Shown one piece after another: positions 20,105 through 29,121 of a DNA stretch of 62,745 bases (positions are counted from its first letter, which is position 1; every line of letters begins with the position of its first letter). The position numbers and the translations under genes are program-made. The notes beneath the pieces were generated by a model. That model did no database searches. It was not told the DNA's origin and saw only the letters and a program-made list of their open reading frames with translations. Source of the stretch: Bacteroidales bacterium. Lineage in GTDB: Bacteria; Bacteroidota; Bacteroidia; Bacteroidales; JAUNSR01. The stretch covers positions 1 to 62,745 of the forward strand of contig JAVVPN010000005.1 of the NCBI GenBank assembly GCA_036655755.1, read 5' to 3'.

Positions 20105-21961
20105 TTATTTTCTAAAGTTCAAGAATAATGTATTTGCATTCAGCATGCGATCTTCAAGCCATTTACGACTTTCGCTGATCTCCCCTTTCAGGTATTTTTC
20201 CATAATAAGGCTTCCGATCGGCACCCCGTATGTCGCACCGAATCCGGCATTCTCCACATAAACGGCAATCGCTATTTTCGGATTATCTCTGGGAGCGAAC
20301 CCCATAAACACAGAGTGGTCTTTACCATGTGGATTTTGGGCGGTACCCGTTTTACCACATACTTCGACTCCTTCGATGGCGCCGATGCGGCAGGTTCCCC
20401 CTGTTACCGCCATCGCCATCCCCTCTACAATCGGATCATAATATTTACGATCAACCATCGTATAATGAGGTTCGGTCAGTTCTATCGGCAGTGGGGTATC
20501 CTGAATATCCTTTACTACATGAGGAGTAATATAATACCCTCTGTTCGCGATTGTGGCAGACAAGTTGGCAATCTGAAGCGGAGTGGACAACACCTCGCCT
20601 TGACCGATTGAGATGGATACGACATTCAGCGATTTCCATTTCTGCGTACGGAACGCCTTATCGTAATATTTACTGTTCGGAATGAATCCCCGGCTTTCAC
20701 TCGGCAGGTCGATTCCGGTTTTATACCCATATCCCATCGACACGAGGTAATCTTTCCATTTGTCGAATCCCTCCTGAATGGTAGGATACTTACTGCGGTT
20801 GTCGATCATACTGCGGAACTCGGCACAGAAATAGGCATTACACGAAGTGGCTAACGCCGGAACCAAAGCTATGGGAGCGGCATGTGCATGACACCCCAGT
20901 TTGAACCGTCCTACCACATAGCCGTGGCTACAGCCATATTGAGTGGATGTGGTGATTACTCCTTCCTGCAAGCCGATCAATCCCTGAGTGGGTTTAAAGG
21001 TTGAACCGGGAGGATATGCCGCAGAGATTGCCCGGTCATAAAGCGGTTTGTAAGGGTCTTTGGTGAGATTCAGGTAATTTTTACCACGCTCACGCCCCAC
21101 CAATTCGGCCGGATTGAAGGTTGGAGCCGAAACCATCGCCAGAATTTCTCCGGTAGCAGGTTCTATGGCCACCACTGCCCCGATTTTATTCTGCATCAGC
21201 AATTCGGCATATTGTTGCAACTCCACGTCGATAGAAAGGGTCAGATTTTTACCCGATTCGGGCGATTTGTCGTAAGCTCCGTTTTCATATTTGCCTTTCA
21301 CGCGCCCGTGCGCATCACGGAGCAATATTTCCACCCCTTTTTCGCCGCGCAAATAAGTTTCATACGATTTCTCTACCCCAAGGTCGCCGGTATAATCGCC
21401 TCGCTGATAATAAGTATCACGTTCCATATCGCGGCGCGACACCTCGCGGACATTCCCCAAGATATGGGGAGCCGTAAAATAATTATATTGCCGGATGGTA
21501 CGGTTTTGGATATAAAATCCCGGATATTTATATAATTTTTCCTGCAACAAACCATAGTCTTGCCCCGAAAGCTGACTCATAAAAGTTTGTGGCGTATAAG
21601 AAGAGTAGCCCGGGTTGAGACGTCGGTTGCGGATCTCTCCGATCCGTTTGTCAAACTGCTCTTTGGTAATATGAAGTGTATTGCAAAGATCGAGCGTATC
21701 GAATGGTTGTACTTCGCGCATAACCATCATCAAATCGTAAGCCGGCTGATTAAATACCAACAATTCTCCGTTCCGGTCATAAATCATTCCGCGCGACGGA
21801 TAAATTGTTTTTTTGAGGAAGGCATTACTGTCGGCATAAGCTTTATACTCATCGCTTAATACCTGCAAATTAAAAAGCCGGATGATATAAATCAACACCA
21901 GCAAACAGGCACCTCCTCCAATGATGAATTTTCGTTTCTCTAACTGATAGTTTTTTCTCAC
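20105..21961 (-). CDS. mrdA: Penicillin-binding protein 2
   Basis: PGSTFK (SxxK), SCN, KTGTAQ; located in the mre operon; GTGA overlap with mreD. Confidence 0.96.
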   Translation of the reverse strand: MRKNYQLEKRKFIIGGGACLLVLIYIIRLFNLQVLSDEYKAYADSNAFLKKTIYPSRGMIYDRNGELLVFNQPAYDLMMVMREVQPFDTLDLCNTLHITKEQFDKRIGEIRNRRLNPGYSSYTPQTFMSQLSGQDYGLLQEKLYKYPGFYIQNRTIRQYNYFTAPHILGNVREVSRRDMERDTYYQRGDYTGDLGVEKSYETYLRGEKGVEILLRDAHGRVKGKYENGAYDKSPESGKNLTLSIDVELQQYAELLMQNKIGAVVAIEPATGEILAMVSAPTFNPAELVGRERGKNYLNLTKDPYKPLYDRAISAAYPPGSTFKPTQGLIGLQEGVITTSTQYGCSHGYVVGRFKLGCHAHAAPIALVPALATSCNAYFCAEFRSMIDNRSKYPTIQEGFDKWKDYLVSMGYGYKTGIDLPSESRGFIPNSKYYDKAFRTQKWKSLNVVSISIGQGEVLSTPLQIANLSATIANRGYYITPHVVKDIQDTPLPIELTEPHYTMVDRKYYDPIVEGMAMAVTGGTCRIGAIEGVEVCGKTGTAQNPHGKDHSVFMGFAPRDNPKIAIAVYVENAGFGATYGVPIGSLIMEKYLKGEISESRKWLEDRMLNANTLFLNFRK

Positions 21962-22461
21962 TTAGCAACAGGTTTTAAACTTTCAACCCCTATGATTAAT
22001 AAAAATGTAAAGACGGAGCTCGTCAAAATCTTTAATACCAGCAATCCCGGATTAAAAAAAGTAAATGCCTCTACGATATAAAGTGTGGCACAATATACCA
22101 CTACGGCCGAGATCAGATAACGGAGATAAGCCCCCATCCCCATCAGTTTAATGGAAGCCACGCCATTCTTGACATCCTCACGCGGCGCAAACAACTCCAT
22201 CAACGGCTCTTTCATATAGGCCAGAAAGGAGGTTGCGAACGCATGCATGCCCGGCGTGTTTGAAAACAAATCTACCATCAGCCCCAAAAAGAATCCGATC
22301 GTAATGGTCAGCGGACGCGACAAATCATTTGGTAACTTCAAAATCAGCCAAATATATAGGAAAGGCGTTGCCAGATTGCCCAAATGTATATTATTCAGGA
22401 TCAACACCTGTACCAATAATAATAAACAAGTTAGTAGTATATATTTTATCAATGACCACAT
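21958..22461 (-). CDS. mreD: Rod shape-determining protein MreD
   Basis: Hydrophobic 167-aa protein with GLMVDLFSNTPGMHA, between mreC and mrdA. Confidence 0.9.
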   Translation of the reverse strand: MWSLIKYILLTCLLLLVQVLILNNIHLGNLATPFLYIWLILKLPNDLSRPLTITIGFFLGLMVDLFSNTPGMHAFATSFLAYMKEPLMELFAPREDVKNGVASIKLMGMGAYLRYLISAVVVYCATLYIVEAFTFFNPGLLVLKILTSSVFTFLLIIGVESLKPVAK

Positions 22462-22476
22462 AAGAGTGACGATTTA

Positions 22477-23304
22477 TTATTTACGGGCACGCTCTTCAAG
22501 TTCGAGCTGCTCTTTTTGTTGATTATTTATGATTACGCGCACATCGTTCAGGCGATAAAAATCGGCGGCCAGCTTAATTTTCAATGCATAGAAGTTATCA
22601 TTACGCTGACGGCTGTAGCCTGCGATTACACCGACCGGCAAACCTTCGGGGAAAGCGGCAGAATAACCACTCGTTACAATCGTATCTCCCTCTTTAAATT
22701 CGACATGACGGGGCAGCTCTTCGAGCACCGCATACTGACCACTTTCGCCATCCCATACCAAAGACCCGAAATAATCGCTCCCTTTCACCTTGGCACTCAG
22801 CCTCAGCTTGGTATTCAACAAAGAGATCACTACCGAATAATGATCGCTCACCAAGCTTACAATCCCGATGATTCCGTTTTGATCGACCACACCCATTTGC
22901 GGAGTCACCCCATCTTTACTACCCTTATTGAGCGTAATATAATTTTCCATCTGGCTGATACTGTTATTGATTACCTGAGCCATGATAAAATCATACTTCG
23001 TAACCGTATCGTGCGGAATCGTGCGGTTTCTGTCATCCTGAAGCATCTCTTTCAGAACCTGAATCTCTTTTTCCAGGTGACCGTTCCTCTCCAGCAGGTC
23101 CTGATTGATATCGCGCAGCCCAAAATAGCTGGTCACGTTACCTGCAACCGAATAGATGTCGCCCACCATTTCGTTGGCGCTGCTGAAGAATACGCTCTGA
23201 TGATACGCATTAAACCGTACAAGAAGCACAATACTGATGATTCCATAAAATAGAAATACGAAAAAAGCGCTTTGCCGGATAAAAAATTGAATAAGATTAC
23301 GCAT
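22477..23304 (-). CDS. mreC: Rod shape-determining protein MreC
   Basis: TM helix, coiled coil, ITLNKGSKDGV, GDTIVTSGYSAAFPEGLPVG. Confidence 0.95.
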   Translation of the reverse strand: MRNLIQFFIRQSAFFVFLFYGIISIVLLVRFNAYHQSVFFSSANEMVGDIYSVAGNVTSYFGLRDINQDLLERNGHLEKEIQVLKEMLQDDRNRTIPHDTVTKYDFIMAQVINNSISQMENYITLNKGSKDGVTPQMGVVDQNGIIGIVSLVSDHYSVVISLLNTKLRLSAKVKGSDYFGSLVWDGESGQYAVLEELPRHVEFKEGDTIVTSGYSAAFPEGLPVGVIAGYSRQRNDNFYALKIKLAADFYRLNDVRVIINNQQKEQLELEERARK

Positions 23305-23345
23305 AAAAAAAGGCGGATAAATAAAAATCTGCTTTACAACAAGAT

Positions 23346-23448
23346 GGGCGAATATTATTCGCCCCTACATAAACTTCCGCTTATAACGGCGTGTAGGGGC
23401 GGATAATTATCCGCCCGTATTGTATCATAGGCGAATATTTGGTTCGCC
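23346..23448. repeat. GTAG-type REP inverted doublet plus a degenerate third copy
   Basis: GGGCGAATATTATTCGCCCCTAC (23346-23368), GTAGGGGCGGATAATTATCCGCCC (23393-23416) and GGCGAATATTTGGTTCGCC (23430-23448). Confidence 0.75.
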
Positions 23449-23474
23449 CGCATCCTATTTGTGATAAACTCGGA

Positions 23475-24494
23475 TTATCTGATCAGGAATGAGAATCGGT
23501 CGATATTTTTCAACGCGATACCTGTTCCTTTTGCAACTGAAAGCAACGGATCTTCCGCAATATGGAAAGGAATGCCGATTTTATCGCGCAAACGCTTATC
23601 CAATCCGCGAAGCAAAGCCCCGCCTCCCGCAAGATAAATACCGTTACGTACGATATCCGCATAAAGTTCCGGTGGAGTCTGTTCCAAAGCACTCAATACC
23701 GCAGCCTCAATCTTAGAGATTGATTTTTCGATACAATGTGCAATTTCCTGATAAGACACCGGTACTTCCATCGGTAACGCCGTCATCTGGTTCGGGCCGT
23801 GTACGATAAAATCTTCAGGCGGATTCTCCAATTCAGTCAGCGCCGAGCCTACATTGATCTTAATCATTTCGGCCGTACGTTCACCCACTTTAATGTTGTG
23901 CTGGCGACGCATGTATTCCTGAATATCGGCAGTCAGGTCATCTCCCGCGATACGAATCGATTTGTTCGATACGATACCACCTAATGAGATTACCGCGATT
24001 TCGGTAGATCCACCGCCTATATCCACGATCATATTCCCTTCGGGCGCTTCTACATCCAGGCCGATACCCAGGGCAGCCGCCATCGGTTCATAAATCATAT
24101 ATACATCGCGTCCGCCTGCATGTTCACTCGAGTCACGTACCGCACGAATCTCCACCTCCGTACTACCGGAAGGGATACATACAACCATACGAAGAGAAGG
24201 AGAGAACCAGCGGTTCGTTTTAAACGCCATCTTCACCATACCGCGAATCATCTGCTCGGCAGCGTAGAAGTCGGCGATCACCCCGTCGCGCAACGGACGG
24301 ATCGTACGAATATTTTCGTGCGTTTTTCCGTGCATCTGCTGCGCCTTATCGCCTACGGCAAGCAATTTGTCCGTACGACGGTCAAGGGCAACCACTGAAG
24401 GGGCATTTACAACAATCTTATTATCATGAATAATAATTGTATTGGCAGTACCCAAGTCAATGGCTATTTCTTGTGTAAAAGAGAATAATCCCAT
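23475..24494 (-). CDS. mreB: Actin-like protein MreB
   Basis: IDLGTANT, RPLRDGVIADF, EPMAAALG, VDIGGGSTE, LAGGGALL. Confidence 0.98.
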   Translation of the reverse strand: MGLFSFTQEIAIDLGTANTIIIHDNKIVVNAPSVVALDRRTDKLLAVGDKAQQMHGKTHENIRTIRPLRDGVIADFYAAEQMIRGMVKMAFKTNRWFSPSLRMVVCIPSGSTEVEIRAVRDSSEHAGGRDVYMIYEPMAAALGIGLDVEAPEGNMIVDIGGGSTEIAVISLGGIVSNKSIRIAGDDLTADIQEYMRRQHNIKVGERTAEMIKINVGSALTELENPPEDFIVHGPNQMTALPMEVPVSYQEIAHCIEKSISKIEAAVLSALEQTPPELYADIVRNGIYLAGGGALLRGLDKRLRDKIGIPFHIAEDPLLSVAKGTGIALKNIDRFSFLIR

Positions 24495-24554
24495 TTCGTC
24501 TTAATAATTTTTTCTTTTTAAAATACTGGTCCTTTCAAACCCCTCTCCGTAGGA

Positions 24555-26078
24555 TTAGTGTTTGAAATGACGGATTCCGGTAGTTACCATAGCCAGGTTA
24601 TGATCGTCGCAATAAGCGATAGAAAGCTTATCGTTGATTGAACCTCCCGGCTGAATAACCGCTGTGACACCCGCATTGTCTGCCAGTTCCACACAATCGG
24701 GGAATGGGAAGAAAGCATCCGACGCCATCACCGCACCCTGCAGGTCGAAACCGAAGGTACCGGCTTTTTCAATCGCATGTTTCAAAGCATCCACACGGGA
24801 TGTTTGCCCCACACCGCTTGCACATAATGTCTTGTCTTTCGCTAATACAATCGCGTTCGATTTACTGTGTTTCACGATTTTATTGGCAAACAACATATCC
24901 TCGATCTCTTTTTCAGTTGCACCCTTGGCAGTTACCTGCTTCAGTTCGTCCGCTTTTTCCTGATGCAAATCGCGATCCTGTACCAATACGCCGTTCAATA
25001 AAGTACGGGCCTGTTTGTGTACCGGAAGTTTTTCTTTTTGAATCAGGATAATACGGTTCTTCTTCGATGCCAATACTTCCAGCGCATCCAGATCATAATC
25101 CGGCGCGATGATGATTTCGAAGAACAACGTATTCATAGCTTCGGCCGTTGCCTTATCTACTACTCCGTTCGTTACCAACACACCTCCGAAAGCCGAAAGC
25201 GTATCACCGGCAAAAGCCGCCTGATAAGCCTCAACCATAGTTGGGCGCGAAGCAAGTCCGCATGCGTTGTTATGTTTCAGGATAGCAAATGTCAGCTCGT
25301 CGAATTCAGCGATCAACGATACAGCTGCATCAATATCAAGTAAGTTGTTGTAAGAGATTTCTTTCCCCTGAAGCTGTTCGAACATCGCTTCGAAGTTACC
25401 GTAGAATACCCCTTTCTGATGTGGGTTTTCTCCGTAACGCAATGTTTTCGCATTATCGGCAGTCAGGCGCAATGCGCTACCTTCTTCATTGTCAAACCAA
25501 TTAAAAATAGCGGAGTCGTATCCCGAAGAAACAGAAAATGCTTCTTTGGCAAACCATTTACGATCTTCGAGCGTGGTTTCGGCACCTTTTTCGTTTAGCA
25601 AATCACGAAGCGGAGCATATTGTGCTTTTGAAGCAACAATCACTACATCCTTGAAATTTTTCGCAGCCGCGCGAATCAGTGAAATACCACCTATATCAAT
25701 TTTCTCAATAATTGACTTCTCATCAGCTCCCGATGCAACGGTATCTGTAAATGGATAAAGATCGACAATCACCAAATCAATTTCCGGAATTTCATACTCT
25801 GCGATTTGAGCCATATCTCCTTCGAGTTCACGGCGACAAAGTATTCCTCCGAAAATTTTCGGATGCAATGTTTTCACCCGTCCTCCAAGGATCGACGGAT
25901 ACGAGGTAAGGTCTTCTACCGCCCCACAAGGCATTCCTAATGATTCAATAAACTGTTGGGTTCCACCCGTTGAGATGAACTGTACGCCTTCTGCATGAAG
26001 CTTGCGTAAAATCTCTTCTAAACCATCTTTGTGATAAACAGAAACCAGCGCGGTTTTAATTCTCTTACTTTCAGACAT
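24555..26078 (-). CDS. purH: Bifunctional AICAR transformylase / IMP cyclohydrolase
   Basis: ALVSVYHKDGL, GGRVKTLHP, IDIGGISLIRAAAKN, LRYGENPHQ, SDAFFPF, IQPGGS. ATG at 26078. Confidence 0.97.
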   Translation of the reverse strand: MSESKRIKTALVSVYHKDGLEEILRKLHAEGVQFISTGGTQQFIESLGMPCGAVEDLTSYPSILGGRVKTLHPKIFGGILCRRELEGDMAQIAEYEIPEIDLVIVDLYPFTDTVASGADEKSIIEKIDIGGISLIRAAAKNFKDVVIVASKAQYAPLRDLLNEKGAETTLEDRKWFAKEAFSVSSGYDSAIFNWFDNEEGSALRLTADNAKTLRYGENPHQKGVFYGNFEAMFEQLQGKEISYNNLLDIDAAVSLIAEFDELTFAILKHNNACGLASRPTMVEAYQAAFAGDTLSAFGGVLVTNGVVDKATAEAMNTLFFEIIIAPDYDLDALEVLASKKNRIILIQKEKLPVHKQARTLLNGVLVQDRDLHQEKADELKQVTAKGATEKEIEDMLFANKIVKHSKSNAIVLAKDKTLCASGVGQTSRVDALKHAIEKAGTFGFDLQGAVMASDAFFPFPDCVELADNAGVTAVIQPGGSINDKLSIAYCDDHNLAMVTTGIRHFKH

Positions 26079-26102
26079 AATGTGGCAGTTATTTAAGTTA
26101 CG

Positions 26103-26110
26103 CAAAAATA
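26103..26110 (-). promoter_or_regulatory. -7 promoter element for the purH-mre operon
   Basis: TATTTTTG on the minus strand, 25 nt upstream of purH. Confidence 0.55.
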
Positions 26111-26166
26111 CAAAATATTGTTTCCTAAACGAATAGATTGCACGTTTCTTTCACGAAAAACTGACA

Positions 26167-27984
26167 CTATACTTCTCGCAACACTTGCATTTCGCAAAGA
26201 CGGCAGTCGAACTTCAATTGCAAACGGTTGTCGCGATACTCCAGGAAAAGAGGTTCATCGGGTGTATTCTCCGCTTTCTGCAACTTTTTACACCATCCCA
26301 TCGCATATTTTACACAATGTTTGGTAAACATCAGCGGCACTCCGTCCACCTGTTTCAATTCAAAGCCGGGAGCCACTTCGGTTACCCCGTGTTGCTGATA
26401 AAAACTCTTCGCATTTGTGTTGGTTACATTTCCCAGATAACTCAACTGCAATTGCGGGAACGCATGCATGGTTGGTTTAAAGACAGGCTCATTCCGTTTA
26501 TACCCTTTCTTACGCGCTTCCAATAAGGCTTCCGCTCCGTTTCGGCGCAATTCGGCTAAAACAGAAGAGGGGATAAAATAAGGCTCGTCAAAGCCGATTG
26601 TTACGTTTCGCGCTTCAAACAGGGTGTTTCCAAGTTTCGCCAACTGCTTTTTCTGGTTTTCCGACTGCTCGCTGCGCGCAAGCTCTTTGGCCTGTTGCAT
26701 TTCGGCAACAGCGGTAAAACCGTCGGTATCGGTCAATGTAAGGCGGAATCCGTCGGAGGTTTCTTCCAGCAAAAGGTCCGCTTCAATCTTGCGAATACCA
26801 CTCTCTTTAGCCAACACTTTCTCAAATTCATGATCGTAATTACGATACAGTTTCATCTTCGGAGAGATGTTGGGCCATTCGGCCGGAAATACGCGGTTAT
26901 CTTCCACTTTATTCACCCGGAATCCCTCCATCTCGCCCGCCGCGTTGCGGAAACACAGACCGTCGCCATTATGGAGCGCTACCAGTCCGGCTACGGTGAA
27001 ACTTCCCTTCCGGATCTCTTTCACCGTACCCACATATTCACCGATAGACTTAGGCGTATCCGGCGATATTACCTGTTCGCCACGCTCACCCGACAAATAG
27101 TAGTTGGTAAAGCCACGGCTAAAACTCTTTTCCGGATTCGGCTCGAACGTAAACGTACATTTGCCAGCCGACTTCGGAGCCAAATCAGGGCGACGCTTGA
27201 AAATAGCATCCAGCTTCTTACGGTAATAAGCCGTAATATTCTTCACATACGATATATCTTTCAACCGGCCTTCAATCTTCAGCGACGTTACCCCCGCATC
27301 GATCAATTGCTCAAGATGGTCCGATTGGTTCAGGTCTTTCAACGAAAGTAAATGTTTTCCTTTGGCCAAAACCTTTCCATGGGCATCCAGCAAATTATAC
27401 GGAAGACGGCAATATTGCGCACAAGCACCCCGATTGGCACTACGCCCCGATAACGCTTCCGACAGGTAACATTGTCCGCTATAACTTACACAAAGCGCGC
27501 CGTGAACAAATACCTCCAACGGCACATCCACCTGCGAGCTGATATTTTTAATCTGATTGAGCGAAAGTTCGCGGGCAAGCACCACCTGCGAAAATCCTGC
27601 CTCTTTGAAAAAGCGTACCTTTTCGGGGGTACGGTTGTCTGTTTGCGTGCTGGCATGAAGCTCGATCGGAGGCAGATTAAGCCCGAGTAGTCCCATATCC
27701 TGCACGATCAATGCGTCCGCACCCGCTTCATATAATTCCCATATCAGCTTTTCCGCCTCCGGCAGCTGCTCATCAGTCAATACCGTATTGAGGGCCACGA
27801 ACACACGGGCTCCATATTGATGCGCATATTGTGCCAATCTGGCAATATCTTCTACGGAATTCCCCGCAGCAGAACGCGCACTAAAACGGTCGGCACCAAT
27901 ATAAACGGCATCTGCGCCGTGATTGATCGCCTCAATACCTGTAGCCAGGTTTTTGGCCGGTGCCAAAAGCTCTATTTTTCTCAT
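26167..27984 (-). CDS. Peptidase U32 family protein with DUF3656-like C-terminus (RlhA-like Fe-S RNA hydroxylase)
   Basis: ELLAPA, GADAVYIG, HASTQ, FVHGALCVSYSGQC, ANRGACAQYCR, LKIEGR. The long form resembles RlhA (inference). Confidence 0.8.
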   Translation of the reverse strand: MRKIELLAPAKNLATGIEAINHGADAVYIGADRFSARSAAGNSVEDIARLAQYAHQYGARVFVALNTVLTDEQLPEAEKLIWELYEAGADALIVQDMGLLGLNLPPIELHASTQTDNRTPEKVRFFKEAGFSQVVLARELSLNQIKNISSQVDVPLEVFVHGALCVSYSGQCYLSEALSGRSANRGACAQYCRLPYNLLDAHGKVLAKGKHLLSLKDLNQSDHLEQLIDAGVTSLKIEGRLKDISYVKNITAYYRKKLDAIFKRRPDLAPKSAGKCTFTFEPNPEKSFSRGFTNYYLSGERGEQVISPDTPKSIGEYVGTVKEIRKGSFTVAGLVALHNGDGLCFRNAAGEMEGFRVNKVEDNRVFPAEWPNISPKMKLYRNYDHEFEKVLAKESGIRKIEADLLLEETSDGFRLTLTDTDGFTAVAEMQQAKELARSEQSENQKKQLAKLGNTLFEARNVTIGFDEPYFIPSSVLAELRRNGAEALLEARKKGYKRNEPVFKPTMHAFPQLQLSYLGNVTNTNAKSFYQQHGVTEVAPGFELKQVDGVPLMFTKHCVKYAMGWCKKLQKAENTPDEPLFLEYRDNRLQLKFDCRLCEMQVLREV

Positions 27985-28027
27985 TTGAATTGCAATTAAT
28001 TTAAAGGGCTTTTAAGTCCTTCATATT

Positions 28028-28945
28028 TCATCCGATCTTTTCAAGATCATAAGGAGTTTCTTGATAAACAAAATAATTCAGCCAGTTTGAAAACAACAAG
28101 TTGGCATGTCCGCGCCACCTTACCAGTGGCCCTTGTTCGGGGTCGTCATTCCGGTAATAATTGAGTGGTATCTCTATCGGCAACCCTTTGTCCACATCCC
28201 GGCGATACTCTCCGTCGAGTGTATAGGGCGCATATTCCGAATGTCCCGTAACGAATAGTTCGCGTCCGTTACGTCCGGTAACCATATATACCCCCGACTC
28301 TTCCGACTCCGACAAAATCGTAAGGGCATCGATTAATGCGATATCTTCCTTTCGTATTTCACTGTGGCGACTATGAGGCACAAAAAATTCATCATCGAAT
28401 CCACGGAAAATAGGATTTTTATGATCATATACCGTATGACGGAAAATGCCGAACATCTTCTTATCCAACGGATATTTCGGCACGCCGTAGAAATGATACA
28501 ACGCCGCCTGTGCCGCCCAGCAGATATACAAGGTTGAAGTAACATGCGTACGGCTCCAGTCGAAAATGCGCTCTATTTCATGCCAATATCCCACCTGCTC
28601 GTAATCGAGCTGTTCCAAAGGCGCACCCGTTATGATCATCCCGTCGAATTTCTGATCTTTCAACTGATCGAAGGTTTTGTAAAAAGCCTTCAGATGGTCG
28701 CCCGAAGTATTTTTGGATACATGGCCGGCAATCATCATAAATTCAATCTCCACCTGCAACGGAGTATTCGACAACAAACGAATCAAATCATTTTCGGTAG
28801 TGATCTTTACTGGCATCAGATTCAGAATAACAATCTTTAATGGACGGATATCCTGTTCTGATGCTCTGTGAGCATCCATCACAAAAATATTTTCTTCTTT
28901 CAGCGCCTCAATGGCAGGTAATTTATCGGGTAGATTTAATGGCAT
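28028..28945 (-). CDS. metA: Homoserine O-acyltransferase, acetyl-CoA type predicted
   Basis: [34 protein letters not shown]. Confidence 0.95.
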   Translation of the reverse strand: MPLNLPDKLPAIEALKEENIFVMDAHRASEQDIRPLKIVILNLMPVKITTENDLIRLLSNTPLQVEIEFMMIAGHVSKNTSGDHLKAFYKTFDQLKDQKFDGMIITGAPLEQLDYEQVGYWHEIERIFDWSRTHVTSTLYICWAAQAALYHFYGVPKYPLDKKMFGIFRHTVYDHKNPIFRGFDDEFFVPHSRHSEIRKEDIALIDALTILSESEESGVYMVTGRNGRELFVTGHSEYAPYTLDGEYRRDVDKGLPIEIPLNYYRNDDPEQGPLVRWRGHANLLFSNWLNYFVYQETPYDLEKIG

Positions 28946-28968
28946 AACATATTTTTTTTATCTGCCTG

Positions 28969-28976
28969 CAAACTTA
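28969..28976 (-). promoter_or_regulatory. -7 promoter element for metA-U32
   Basis: TAAGTTTG on the minus strand. Confidence 0.65.
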
Positions 28977-29041
28977 CAAAAGAAAATCAGAATCACCCCT
29001 CACTGAAGTTGGTAAGAATATTATAATGGGTTAAGAGAATG

Positions 29042-29112
29042 TAAAGTGATAAAGCATAAAAGCTGCCAGCCATATAATAGATGACTGACAGCTTTTATGC
29101 TTTATCACTTTA
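29042..29112. terminator. 24-bp perfect inverted repeat, probable bidirectional terminator after GH3
   Basis: TAAAGTGATAAAGCATAAAAGCTG / CAGCTTTTATGCTTTATCACTTTA with a 23-nt spacer. Confidence 0.65.
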
Positions 29113-29121
29113 TAATGAGTA

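Noticed and set aside
22516-23253. 245-aa antisense ORF
   Set aside because: Shadow of mreC with no motifs. The same applies to the other antisense ORFs in the track, e.g. 6253-6828, 11617-12225, 26695-27351, 54193-54963 and 61254-61901.
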